Assembly (NCBI GenBank): GCA_963668675.2
Contig: CAXXMB010000001.1
Location: forward strand, 96,001-160,000
DNA length: 64,000 nucleotides
Source: an uncultured Desulfatitalea sp.
GTDB lineage: Bacteria > Desulfobacterota > Desulfobacteria > Desulfobacterales > Desulfosarcinaceae
Direction: 5' to 3'
In this document: positions 50,885 through 59,965 of the stretch, piece after piece
How the letters are laid out: every line of letters begins with the position of its first letter
Position numbering within the stretch: position 1 is the stretch's first letter
Position numbers and translations under genes: made by a program
Notes under the pieces: generated by a model
What the model saw: the letters and a program-made list of their open reading frames with translations, nothing else
What the model was told of the DNA's origin: nothing
The model's database searches: none

Positions 50885-51433
50885 ATGCGAAAACAGAGGG
50901 TAGAAATAGGGATTCTCCCTGTCGGCGATATCTCCCATCTCATTTTGGATGTCATTTCCGCCAATATTTCGGAGTATTTGCGCGTCGAGACCCTTGTCAT
51001 GCCAGGCATCGAGATCCCACCTCGCTCGTGGCAGCAAAATAGGCAGCAGTATGACATAGGGCCCATCCTGGCGCACCTTGAGGCCCACAAAGGAGATCAT
51101 GTCGAAAAAGTGCTCGGCGTATTGGCCGTTGACCTTTTTATTCCTATCTTCACACATGTTTTTGGCGGTGCGAGGCAAGGCGCGGATTGCGGTATCGTTT
51201 CCATCTATCGATTGTTGGATCATCCGCAAGAGAGCGCCGCTCCATCGCCGCTTGTTCTGGAACGGTCAATCAAGGTCGCCCTGCACGAAGTGGGACATCT
51301 GTTTAATCTGGTTCATTGCGATGACCCGCGCTGCTTGATGCATTTCTCGGGCAGTGTGGGAGAACTCGATCAACTCGGCCTTTTTTTTTGCCGCTACTGC
51401 CGGTCCTTCTTAAGCAGACCTGCAGGCAGTTGA
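50885..51433 (+). CDS. Archaemetzincin (peptidase M54) family zinc metalloprotease
   Basis: HEVGHLFNLVHC-x4-CLM...CRYC; RQQYD; DLFIPIFTHVFG. Confidence 0.88.
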   Translation: MRKQRVEIGILPVGDISHLILDVISANISEYLRVETLVMPGIEIPPRSWQQNRQQYDIGPILAHLEAHKGDHVEKVLGVLAVDLFIPIFTHVFGGARQGADCGIVSIYRLLDHPQESAAPSPLVLERSIKVALHEVGHLFNLVHCDDPRCLMHFSGSVGELDQLGLFFCRYCRSFLSRPAGS

Positions 51434-51446
51434 GGGCGTATCAGTC

Positions 51447-52376
51447 TCAATCCGACGGCCGCGTTCCCAAAAACGATTCAGTCAGGGCGCTCCAGCCAAT
51501 CTCCGGGAACGTCGAGACCACGTCGTCGATGATTTGACCTCCGGTGGCGGCCAAGGCCTCGTATCCATCGCCAATCATGTTCAGCAGTTTCTGGCTTTCC
51601 GATTCGATCCATCGCTTTGACTCGCTGCCGTAGTAAAGGCCCTTCAGATTACGTTTCGGCACCTCCGGTGCTACAACGGCCAGCCAGCCCTCATGATAAG
51701 GATCTTGATGCGAAATCTCCGGATCGGTCTTAACCCTCTGGTTGACAGCTAGTACATTTCCGGTTATCGGAGATAGCACGGCGGCTTTTTGCGCCGAGCG
51801 TGCAAAGGTCCACCCGATTTTATGCTGTTCCACTTTCGAACCCAATGGCGGCAGATCGATGCGTTGGACGGGTCCAAACAATTTGACCAGAAAGTCATCA
51901 AACCCGATTCGTACGCGTCCGCCATGCTCAAAACGCGCCCAGGTGTGGCCGAAATGGTAATAGTGGTCGTCTGCCATCCGATACCCGGCCGCCGATGAGT
52001 AGTGGGGGGGCGTCACGGCGTGGTCCAGATCGACGTCATCGAGCCATTGATCAAATTCACAGTGGTAGCACTCGTAGTTCATCGCGCAGATTTTGGGGTA
52101 GGAAATCCGGCCTGTCATGACATGTCGGCACAACTGTTTGGTTGTCCGATAGTGCTTGTTGAGGGTTTCCGACCATCCGCTTTCCTTAACCTGGGGCGCG
52201 GAAGAGGTGCGCCCCATAGCTCGCTGCATGGCCTTGTCGAATGGGCATGAGTTGCAGTCATATGCATTGTCACACAAACGGAAATTGACAATGCCGGTCT
52301 TCATCCAGATGCATTCATTCTCAATGACCTGAAAACCCTTGACTGCCCTTTTGGGGGGATTGGTATGGCGTTTCAT
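51447..52376 (-). CDS. GcvH-like protein with tandem Cys-rich N-terminal repeats
   Basis: HTWAR, VRIGFDDF, SPITGNVLAVN, DPYHEGWL; two C-x(12-13)-C-x5-CxxC-x-FD repeats; start moved to 52376 (AGGAGG RBS). Confidence 0.8.
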   Translation of the reverse strand: MKRHTNPPKRAVKGFQVIENECIWMKTGIVNFRLCDNAYDCNSCPFDKAMQRAMGRTSSAPQVKESGWSETLNKHYRTTKQLCRHVMTGRISYPKICAMNYECYHCEFDQWLDDVDLDHAVTPPHYSSAAGYRMADDHYYHFGHTWARFEHGGRVRIGFDDFLVKLFGPVQRIDLPPLGSKVEQHKIGWTFARSAQKAAVLSPITGNVLAVNQRVKTDPEISHQDPYHEGWLAVVAPEVPKRNLKGLYYGSESKRWIESESQKLLNMIGDGYEALAATGGQIIDDVVSTFPEIGWSALTESFLGTRPSD

Positions 52377-52440
52377 ATCGACACCTCCTTTTGCACTGAC
52401 GCCATTGCGGTTCGTCTGCATCAATGCTTGATATGCCTAT

Positions 52441-52456
52441 CGCAAATTGAGTGCCA
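52441..52456 (-). promoter_or_regulatory. sigma54 -24/-12 promoter of the GcvH-like gene
   Basis: Minus strand TGGCACTCAATTTGCG matches TGGCAC-N5-TTGC, 65 bp upstream of the ATG. Confidence 0.75.
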
Positions 52457-52667
52457 GCTGACGATGTGAAGGTGCGGATCGCCCTGAACCTCTCTGCCTC
52501 CTTTCCTTAGACGTTCGTTCGCGAAGCTTTGTTTTTTGAGATAACCTTCTGAATTTTATATCGTTAATAATTGTCGATGCCGCGTTTCCGGCAAGAGATG
52601 TCGCCATGACTGCCTATCTGCCCACGGGAGACCACAGGCCGGTACCTACTTCTCCTTGGCGGATAGA

Positions 52668-52788
52668 GGTGTTGCCAAAAACGACAGTGCTAAATCCTTT
52701 GCTGCAGGATTCCTTTGTATTCTATTTTATATCTGCCGGTTAGAAGACTGTTGCCTTTGTCGGCATGCTTGGTGCTTTTGGCAACACC
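52668..52788. mobile_element. Possible MITE / IS-end remnant
   Basis: Perfect 13-bp terminal inverted repeat GGTGTTGCCAAAA / TTTTGGCAACACC around an AT-richer core. Confidence 0.45.
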
Positions 52789-52934
52789 CCGTTTCCTGGA
52801 AAGGATGGACCGGGAGTGAGGGCTCCCGGTTTTGCCTTCTCGCCACCCCCTCTTTTTTCGGCAATGGCGGCTTGACCGATGCAATACGGTGGCGGTATGA
52901 ATGTTCCTTTTGTACATTGGCACGGGGAATTGAA

Positions 52935-54650
52935 ATGGATATGCACTCAGCGGATTCGCTGCACTATCGCCTGACCCGCATCGGCACCGAAGCTGCAACC
53001 GGCTATTTTGATGCCCTCCCGGAGGGGAAGTGGGACTTTGACAGCGCTTTGGCGTGGTGCCGAAGTCGGCCCAATGACGACTTCATGCGCAAACAGATGC
53101 TGCGCCTGATCGCCCAATTGGAGCCTGAAACCGTCAAGCAGCGCATCCTTGCTGCCGCCGACGAGGATCTCTTCCTCAAGGCGCTCTACTTCGAGGCTTG
53201 CCTGCTCTTTTCCCCATTGGCCCCGTTGCGGAAGCATTTTCCAATACGATTGAGACCCCGCCTGGCAGGGCATACGCCGATGATTTTTATTAAGGCACAT
53301 CTGCGTGAGGGCCATCTCCTGCACCGCCACTGGACGGAAAAACTGCGCACCAATTTTTTCCAACATGCCCCCTTGATGACGCTCAATGCGCTTGGGCTTG
53401 AAGCACCGGTTGACGATGAGAGCATGGCCCGCGCCATGGCTGTGGCAGAACCGCTCGATCGACTGGCTGCAATGTCGCCATCAGAACCAGTTTCCGATCC
53501 AGGCAAGCCTTCGAATCCTGAGGCGTTGACGCAAATGGCGCTGCACCGATTGGCGCAGGCCGGTATCGAGGTGGGGCAGGAGATGCGGCACGAATCCTCC
53601 CTGAGTCCCATTGCCCTGCTGAGGAGTTGGCAGCTGGAACTGACGGTCGCCTGCGGCCGGCAGCGATATCGCCTCGATGGCGAACAGATCGCATACGGCA
53701 GGGGGCTGGGGCTTGAAGCGGCCCGGGTGGCCTGCACCATGGAGATTGTCGAAAGGGTCTCCAGCTATGCCACTGTTGCTGCCACGGAAGTGGTGGGGTA
53801 TCAGCAACCCTATCCGCTGGTTCGGGCATCTCTTTCGGAATTGAAGCGAAGCGGTCGATCCGCCCTCGACCCGAATCGTCTTGGACTCGAAGCCACTTAT
53901 CGCGACGAACCGATATATTGGATAGAGGGTCGGCAGATTGCCAAAGAGGGAGAGCATTCTGTTCTGGTGCCGGCCCAATGCGTGTTTCTTTTTTGCAATC
54001 TGGACGAGGTATCACTCTCCTCGGGGCTGGGGTCCAATGGGCTTGGCGCTGGCGCTTCTCTTGCGCAAGCAAAATGCAAAGCGTTGCTGGAGGTGATCGA
54101 ACGTGACAGTGCGGCAACGATACCTTATGTGCCGGAGTTGTGCTTCGATATGGAGAGCGGTGATGGGCGCATCGCCGGCCTGCTGCACGCCTGCGCACAG
54201 CGGGGGATCCATGTCGGATTTCTCGACCTCACCGGCCCTTTGGGGGTGCCCTGCTGCAAGTCTTATGTCGTGCACCCCGATGGAGAAGTGGCCATCGGCA
54301 CAAGCGCCCATCTCAATGCAAAGCAGGCCTTGGTCTCCGCGTTGACCGAAACACCCTATCCATTTCCCAACGGCCCTCCATCTCGGCCGTTGCCGGCCGT
54401 CGGTGTTCGCGTGCCGTTGGAAGCGCTCCCGAACTACGACCGCGGCGATGCTGATCAGAATCTTGCTTTACTGGAGCAACTGCTCCTGGCCAATGGTTTT
54501 GAGCCCATTTACATAGATTTGACTCGGGCAGACCTTGATTTGCCGGTTGTACGGGCCATCGTACCCGGTATGGAGACATTGGGGGAGTTCGACCGGTTTT
54601 CCCGGGTCCACCCGCGGCTTTATGGGCACTACCTCAAATATGCAAGATGA
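52935..54650 (+). CDS. YcaO-like family protein
   Basis: YGRG...MEIVER, SNGLGAG...LLEVIERDS, SALTE, DLTR...PVVRAIVPG; start moved to 52935. Confidence 0.82.
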   Translation: MDMHSADSLHYRLTRIGTEAATGYFDALPEGKWDFDSALAWCRSRPNDDFMRKQMLRLIAQLEPETVKQRILAAADEDLFLKALYFEACLLFSPLAPLRKHFPIRLRPRLAGHTPMIFIKAHLREGHLLHRHWTEKLRTNFFQHAPLMTLNALGLEAPVDDESMARAMAVAEPLDRLAAMSPSEPVSDPGKPSNPEALTQMALHRLAQAGIEVGQEMRHESSLSPIALLRSWQLELTVACGRQRYRLDGEQIAYGRGLGLEAARVACTMEIVERVSSYATVAATEVVGYQQPYPLVRASLSELKRSGRSALDPNRLGLEATYRDEPIYWIEGRQIAKEGEHSVLVPAQCVFLFCNLDEVSLSSGLGSNGLGAGASLAQAKCKALLEVIERDSAATIPYVPELCFDMESGDGRIAGLLHACAQRGIHVGFLDLTGPLGVPCCKSYVVHPDGEVAIGTSAHLNAKQALVSALTETPYPFPNGPPSRPLPAVGVRVPLEALPNYDRGDADQNLALLEQLLLANGFEPIYIDLTRADLDLPVVRAIVPGMETLGEFDRFSRVHPRLYGHYLKYAR

Positions 54651-54757
54651 ATCCAGGATATTGGATTGAATCAAAATGTGTTATTCTAAATAGAGTGCAT
54701 TGCTGTTGTCGGCAGAAGGCGGGATTTGCAATAATTGAATCTTTCGAAGGAGGCGTT

Positions 54758-55504
54758 ATGGGCAAGGTGCTCATCGAAGCGTCGGGCGATGTGGCTGTCG
54801 TGCGGCTCAACAACGGTGCAACCAATGCGGTCAACCTTGAACTGGTCGAGGCCCTCTCGGAGGCCATGCAGGCGGTGTCGAAAGAGTTCGGGGCCATGGT
54901 ATTGGCCGGGGGGGAGAAATTTTTCTGTATCGGCCTCTCCCTGCCTGATCTGCTGAAGCTCAATCGGAAGGATATGACCGATTTTTGGTTCAGGTTCAAT
55001 CGGGCCACCTTAGACCTTTACACGTTGCCGATGCCCACGGTTTGCGCCATTGCCGGACACGCACCGGCCGTGGGTACCATATGGGCCTGCGCTTGCGACT
55101 TTCGTTATGCGGCGGAGGGTCGATCGGCCATCGGGCTCAATGAGATTCAACTGGGGATCCCCACGCCATTTATCGTCGATTTGATGTTGCGGCAGATCGT
55201 CAGCGATCAGACGGCCAATGATCTCCTCTACAGTGGAAAGATGATAATGCCTGAAGAGGCAAGGAAGATACAATTGCTTAACGGGGTTTTCCCCAAAGCA
55301 GAGGTGGCGGCGTGCGCCGTTCAAAAAGCCGGCGAGATGGCGACCCTGTCAAAAGTTGCCTTCTGTGAAATGAAAGCTGTTCGCAATGATGCCATTCGCA
55401 ACACCTTTGAAAAGCACCATAAGGAGCGGCATGAAGCGTTTCTGGACGCATGGTTCAGTGGATACACTCAGAAGCTTTTGCATGGCGCTTTAAAACACTT
55501 CTGA
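54758..55504 (+). CDS. Enoyl-CoA hydratase/isomerase family protein
   Basis: TNAV, KFFCIG, PTVCAIAGHAPAVG, ACDFR, GLNEIQLG; start moved to 54758 (AGGAGG RBS). Confidence 0.88.
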   Translation: MGKVLIEASGDVAVVRLNNGATNAVNLELVEALSEAMQAVSKEFGAMVLAGGEKFFCIGLSLPDLLKLNRKDMTDFWFRFNRATLDLYTLPMPTVCAIAGHAPAVGTIWACACDFRYAAEGRSAIGLNEIQLGIPTPFIVDLMLRQIVSDQTANDLLYSGKMIMPEEARKIQLLNGVFPKAEVAACAVQKAGEMATLSKVAFCEMKAVRNDAIRNTFEKHHKERHEAFLDAWFSGYTQKLLHGALKHF

Positions 55505-55524
55505 TTGAGGTGCGGCTCCCGTTG

Positions 55525-55941
55525 CTATTCACATTTGCCGATGCGTTTGCCGGAGATGATCGTCGTGATCGTCATGTTGCCGGCGGCAGGCCCCATATGG
55601 GTCTGGGTCGTCCCCTCGAAGCTATCACCCTTGTAAGTGATCTTGCCGTCGCACTTGACGGTCGTGCCATTCTGTTGGCACTCCATCTTATAGATGACGC
55701 TGTTGCCCTCCGTTTTCATCTCGGTGATTTTGCATCCTTGGGCGCCGGCGGTTGCGCCGGGCACTTTATCCTGTTTGGTGAGGCATTGGGTAATGGTCTG
55801 GGGCGGCATCTCGCCCGGCATACCGGCCATCTTCACACGCGAGGTGATTTCATACTTGCCCGGATTAAGGTCGACCCCCCAGGCGGGAATGGCGGTCAAC
55901 GTCAGAATTAAAAATAGAACCAGTACTATTTTTTTCGGCAC
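55525..55941 (-). CDS. DUF3617-like secreted protein
   Basis: Signal peptide; LNPGKYEIT, TQCLT, GC...C, GKRIGKC; GTG start behind AGGAGG. Confidence 0.8.
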   Translation of the reverse strand: MPKKIVLVLFLILTLTAIPAWGVDLNPGKYEITSRVKMAGMPGEMPPQTITQCLTKQDKVPGATAGAQGCKITEMKTEGNSVIYKMECQQNGTTVKCDGKITYKGDSFEGTTQTHMGPAAGNMTITTIISGKRIGKCE

Positions 55942-56100
55942 GGGATTGCCTCCTTTCACGCTATCCGTTTCTTTCGTCTGAGATGGGGGCCGATGAGCGG
56001 CAATGGCCCGGTAGATGTCGCCTGGCGGTGACGCATAGACTGCCCCAAATATACCGTTATCAGATTGGATATTGCAACCCTTCGCCATGGATTTTGCTGC

Positions 56101-58620
56101 TCAATGCGCCTCTTCAAGGCGCATGCCATCTTCCGCAAGCTCTGCTCCTGAGAGAATACGGGCACTGCACTTGTCCGTGGCCACGTTCATCACCCTGACC
56201 GTCACGTCGGCATCGATGGCCTTTAAGGTGATCCCCATGGCAGTGCCATGTCGACTGCCGATGTCCAGCATCAGGTTGCTTCCGCGCCTGCCGATGATTG
56301 TCGCCCGAAGCGGATAGCGTTTGCGGAGCTTGAGGATCAATTCATCGGCAATGCGGTCCGCCATGGCGGAGATGGGGATCTGGCTATCGAACATGGCGTT
56401 GACGACGAGGGTGACCTGGCTGGTCTCGGTTTCGAAACAGCGCAGGGTTATTTCTGTATTGGGCGCACGGTGCACGATTCGGCCTGCCACCATGAGCCGT
56501 GCGGCTGCCAGACGGCCTACAGAGAGGGCTGTGGACAAGTTGGTGAGCTGAGAGGTACCCAGCTTCAGCTCGGCCATGAGTTTGTCGAGCAGTTGGCGTT
56601 CTACGAGCTGCATCCGCTTCCGTTCAAGGAGCCTATCGCTGAGGCCGCCGCTCAGAAGCTCAGCGACGCCTTCCTGAAGACTATAACCCGCCGTCTCAAG
56701 GTCCATGAGCCATACGGTTAAGGGGCGTGAACTCCATTTCCGTTCGGAGGCATTGGCGGTTTGCGATGCCATCTGTGCCTCGAGTTCTTCCATCAGGTCA
56801 TCGATACGCTCCTGGCGCTGGCGACTCTTCGCCATGTTCGCCTTGGCCTCCAACCTGGCGGCAAGTGCTGCAATGGTGGCTGGATCGGAGCTCATTGGCT
56901 CTATTTGGCTCAGCAGCTCGGCGGCCCGGGCGATATCACCCTGCTGTTCGAGCAGAATGGCCTGGGCGAGGTAGGGGTGTTCTTTGTCGGGGGCGAGTTC
57001 TGAGGCTTGTTGATAGAACGCGAGCGCCTTTCCGGTCTGGCCGTTCTCAGAGGCGATACGCCCAAGACCGATGAGGGCTTCGGCTTTGTCCTGTTGGTTG
57101 CCACGCTGGGCTGCGACGGCGTTGTGATAGAGACCACGGGCACTCTCCAGCTCACCCCTCAGGAAGGAGACATTGCCCAGCAACAGGTAGCTCAGGGCAC
57201 GTTGGGGCGCTTTCTCCTGCAGCCGTTGGCAGGTCTGTTCGACCTCCCTGTAGTTGCCGGTTCGGAATGCGGCGATGGCGCGCTCCTCATAATGGCCGGT
57301 GCTTTTTTGGGCGCCTATAAAAAAGGCTGCGATAATCAGGGCCGTCAACAGTACTGCCGAGGCGCCGACCGTAAAGATCTTTTTCCAAGGCTTGCGGAGG
57401 GTGCCGGATTCGGGAGAGGTAAAACGAATCGTCTCCTCCGGGGCACGCAGCTCCGCGGCAATGTGACGGGGCGGTGCGTCTGCGATGACGGCATGTGAGG
57501 GCGCCGTCGCCTCCTCTTCGGCAGACGGCTTGAGATAGGTCACAGTGGGGTCGCCATAAAGAAGATATCCAGCCCAGGCGATATTCTCTTCTCCATACTC
57601 CCTGATCAGCTCCTGCCGGGCGGCACGCATGGCGCCTCCGACGGAGATGCCCTTGATCAGAAAACGGTAGAAAGCGAGCGCAAAGCGTTGGCTGGTCGCG
57701 TCCGGGATCTCCCAGAAGGTACCCACGTAGTGCTTCACTCCCGAAAGAATAAAGGCGTTGGCCAATCCGAAAATGCGGTCCTGGGCGTCGGGACGGACAT
57801 CCCAGGCATCGGTCCGTGCCGATTGGCAGGCGTTGGAGAAGATCAGGGTCGGCATGGCACCGGTACCTGCCATCTTGATGATGTCGGATGCTGCCAATTG
57901 GCCTCTGTCCAGCCGCCAACCGCTGCGCTCGGGATGGTTGCCGTCATAGTCGGCATGGCCGGCGAAATGGACCCAGTCATAATTGCGTATTTTGGCCTTC
58001 AGGAAATCGGGGCTGACCCCCTCGCTGCGAAAGGAGACCCACAGCTGGTCCTGAAATGCATCCATCACGTCACGCAGGGCGATGCCCTCCGCGTAGGCCG
58101 ATTTCAGATCCCCGCAAGGGTCGGCCAGGACCAGCATCTGCAGGGGTGGTCTCGAGTTGCGCGAAACATGGCTGACAATCGGTTGGCGGGTGCGCACCAC
58201 CCGTCCCATTGCGAAACGCTGGCCGAGAAACTGATCGCCGTCGTGCAGCAGTTCCCAGGGAATGTGCACGAGGCGGTCATCGAGGGTTACAATGAGCTGG
58301 TCGGCTCTGCTGCTGCTGAATTGTGCTTTGACATGGGCTGGAAAGAGATCGTCCCGGAAAAGTTGTCCAGCCTCCTTGAGTCTGCAAAGCAGCTCTTTGG
58401 TGAGGCAGCCGCGCCGGTTGGCCTGGTTGATGGTGTCCACCATGTTGCGGCAGCGGTTGTCGATCTGCTCCATGGAGACAGGCAGCTCCTCGATGTGGCG
58501 TACCGTCTGGGTTTCGCCACTCCGCTGAGTGGTGAGCCCGATTTTGATCCGGTCCGCTTCCCTGGCGATCTCCAGGTTGAGGAGTTCCGGTCGGATGGTT
58601 CCGGGTGAAGGCGATGTCAT
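56101..58620 (-). CDS. Membrane-anchored CHAT (caspase-like) protease with TPR and CsgG-like/FlgT-C-like outer domains
   Basis: IPWELL, LADP-x-GDL, VHFAGH, FSNACQS, GLANAF, GTFWEI, YLLYGDP; a single TM after KPWKK; TPRs; LVERQLL...VGRLAAA...ETETS. Confidence 0.88.
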   Translation of the reverse strand: MTSPSPGTIRPELLNLEIAREADRIKIGLTTQRSGETQTVRHIEELPVSMEQIDNRCRNMVDTINQANRRGCLTKELLCRLKEAGQLFRDDLFPAHVKAQFSSSRADQLIVTLDDRLVHIPWELLHDGDQFLGQRFAMGRVVRTRQPIVSHVSRNSRPPLQMLVLADPCGDLKSAYAEGIALRDVMDAFQDQLWVSFRSEGVSPDFLKAKIRNYDWVHFAGHADYDGNHPERSGWRLDRGQLAASDIIKMAGTGAMPTLIFSNACQSARTDAWDVRPDAQDRIFGLANAFILSGVKHYVGTFWEIPDATSQRFALAFYRFLIKGISVGGAMRAARQELIREYGEENIAWAGYLLYGDPTVTYLKPSAEEEATAPSHAVIADAPPRHIAAELRAPEETIRFTSPESGTLRKPWKKIFTVGASAVLLTALIIAAFFIGAQKSTGHYEERAIAAFRTGNYREVEQTCQRLQEKAPQRALSYLLLGNVSFLRGELESARGLYHNAVAAQRGNQQDKAEALIGLGRIASENGQTGKALAFYQQASELAPDKEHPYLAQAILLEQQGDIARAAELLSQIEPMSSDPATIAALAARLEAKANMAKSRQRQERIDDLMEELEAQMASQTANASERKWSSRPLTVWLMDLETAGYSLQEGVAELLSGGLSDRLLERKRMQLVERQLLDKLMAELKLGTSQLTNLSTALSVGRLAAARLMVAGRIVHRAPNTEITLRCFETETSQVTLVVNAMFDSQIPISAMADRIADELILKLRKRYPLRATIIGRRGSNLMLDIGSRHGTAMGITLKAIDADVTVRVMNVATDKCSARILSGAELAEDGMRLEEAH

Positions 58621-58627
58621 CGGTTCA

Positions 58628-59287
58628 CTATTCCGTTTCGGGTCGTTCGGTCACCTCAAAGGCGTATTCGCCGATTTTACTGCTGCCACGTGCAAAGAGC
58701 AGAGAATAGACGCCGAAGGGGATCTCTTCGAAGACCACGGGCGCATCGCCCATCATCAAAGAGGCCACTTCGCGCTCTCCTTTGAACAGCGCCACACGCA
58801 GTGTCGACACTTTTTGACTGCTTGCGGCCGCCGCTACCCGAATGAGGGTTTGCCCTGTTCCGCTTTTTTCGATTTCGATGGTGAGGGTCATATCTTCGAA
58901 GCGCTTCTCGCGGCGGATCAGGCGGTCGGTAACGGCGGCTTCGCCCCGCACAGGGACCCACTCCGGTTCTCCTTGAGGGACGACCCTTTCCAGCACGGCC
59001 ACACCCTTTGCTACCCATCGCCGGGTTCGGTCGAGGAGGCCCGTTGCGGGGGCAGCGGCAGATCGATGCACCACGCTATCCAAGACGTTCTGGGTCAGAT
59101 GATCGGGGGCTTGCACATCGTCGGCGGCAACATCTCCATATACCAGTTCGGCGCATACGCTCACCTGCTCACGGCACAGATCGCAGGCGGCCAGGTGAAC
59201 TTCGATTTTGTGGCGCTGGCGATCGGAAAGACGCCCCTCAACAAAATCCATTAAATATTCGTCAGTTGGGCAATGGTTGCGCATCAT
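58628..59287 (-). CDS. Zinc-finger (zf-HC2/ZAS) anti-sigma factor, soluble
   Basis: CP-x4-L...IEVHLAACDLC HxxxCxxC; no TM segment; beta-rich C-terminal domain; directly downstream of the ECF sigma. Confidence 0.85.
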   Translation of the reverse strand: MMRNHCPTDEYLMDFVEGRLSDRQRHKIEVHLAACDLCREQVSVCAELVYGDVAADDVQAPDHLTQNVLDSVVHRSAAAPATGLLDRTRRWVAKGVAVLERVVPQGEPEWVPVRGEAAVTDRLIRREKRFEDMTLTIEIEKSGTGQTLIRVAAAASSQKVSTLRVALFKGEREVASLMMGDAPVVFEEIPFGVYSLLFARGSSKIGEYAFEVTERPETE

Positions 59288-59347
59288 ACGCTCCGGTTAT
59301 TTGCGTCCATAGCGATCATCGCTTATGGCTGTTGTTTTGTTAATACT

Positions 59348-59376
59348 ATGGACGATTCAATTCTCCCATTCTTGCA
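59348..59376 (-). promoter_or_regulatory. Candidate ECF promoter, copy 2 (upstream of anti-sigma)
   Basis: TGCAAGA-N15-CGTCCAT on the minus strand; same motif and spacing as 62024-62052. Confidence 0.65.
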
Positions 59377-59965
59377 TGTTCAGGGCTATTTCTTTTTTAA
59401 TACGCTCCACGGCCCTATGCTTGACCGAGTGAATGGTGTTTTCCGACACATTTAGAAGCGCTGCCATCTTTTTCAAAGAGCAGCCTTCGATGCAGTGCAT
59501 GCGGAGCATCAGTTGATCCCGGGCGGAGAGCTTCTCGAGCGCCGTTTCGAGAATGTGTCGCTGCTCATGATGTTCCAGTTCGGTTTGCGCCGATGGAACG
59601 GCGCCACTCCTCTCCGGCAAAAGATCTAGTGGCAAAATACGCTCCGGTTGGGCGAGTGCGTCCCGGCTTTTCCGAAGGTGGTCTATCATGACGCGGACGG
59701 TGATCATGCGAATCCACGAGGCCAGGCTACAGCCATCCTTCCCCCTGTACTGTCGCAGTTTGCGACACTGTCGATCCAACAGCTGAACGAAGACGGTGCT
59801 GTGAAGATCTTCCATGTCCAGGCGGCTCAAATGGGCGTTTTTGGTGCGAGCGGTTCCGTAGAGGGTGCTGTAGATCAGGTTGGTGAATTGACGCACCAGG
59901 CGCTCCTGCGCCTGGACATCGCCATCCAGGCAGCCTGCCAGCAGTTGGCGATCATCCATCGTCAT
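59357..59965 (-). CDS. ECF-type RNA polymerase sigma-70 factor
   Basis: Region 2 (MEDL...VFVQL, SLASWI...VMIDHLR) and region 4 (LEKLSARDQLML...EGCSLKKMAALLNVSENTI). Confidence 0.9.
   Translation of the reverse strand: MTMDDRQLLAGCLDGDVQAQERLVRQFTNLIYSTLYGTARTKNAHLSRLDMEDLHSTVFVQLLDRQCRKLRQYRGKDGCSLASWIRMITVRVMIDHLRKSRDALAQPERILPLDLLPERSGAVPSAQTELEHHEQRHILETALEKLSARDQLMLRMHCIEGCSLKKMAALLNVSENTIHSVKHRAVERIKKEIALNMQEWEN

Noticed and set aside
51447..52376. Functional glycine cleavage system
   Set aside because: No gcvT/gcvP/lpd nearby and the lipoylation motif is non-canonical
52656..52934. 93-aa Cys-rich N-terminal extension of YcaO as a fused precursor
   Set aside because: TTG start without RBS, runs through an inverted-repeat element and non-coding-like sequence; ATG 52935/52941 is more plausible
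52918..52934. TGGCACGGGGAATTGA as a sigma54 promoter for YcaO
   Set aside because: No GC at the -12 position, and it abuts the start codon
56101..59965. Type III-E CRISPR (Craspase) locus
   Set aside because: CHAT, anti-sigma and sigma are present, but there is no Cas7-11, cas1 or repeat-spacer array in the window, and the protease is membrane-anchored
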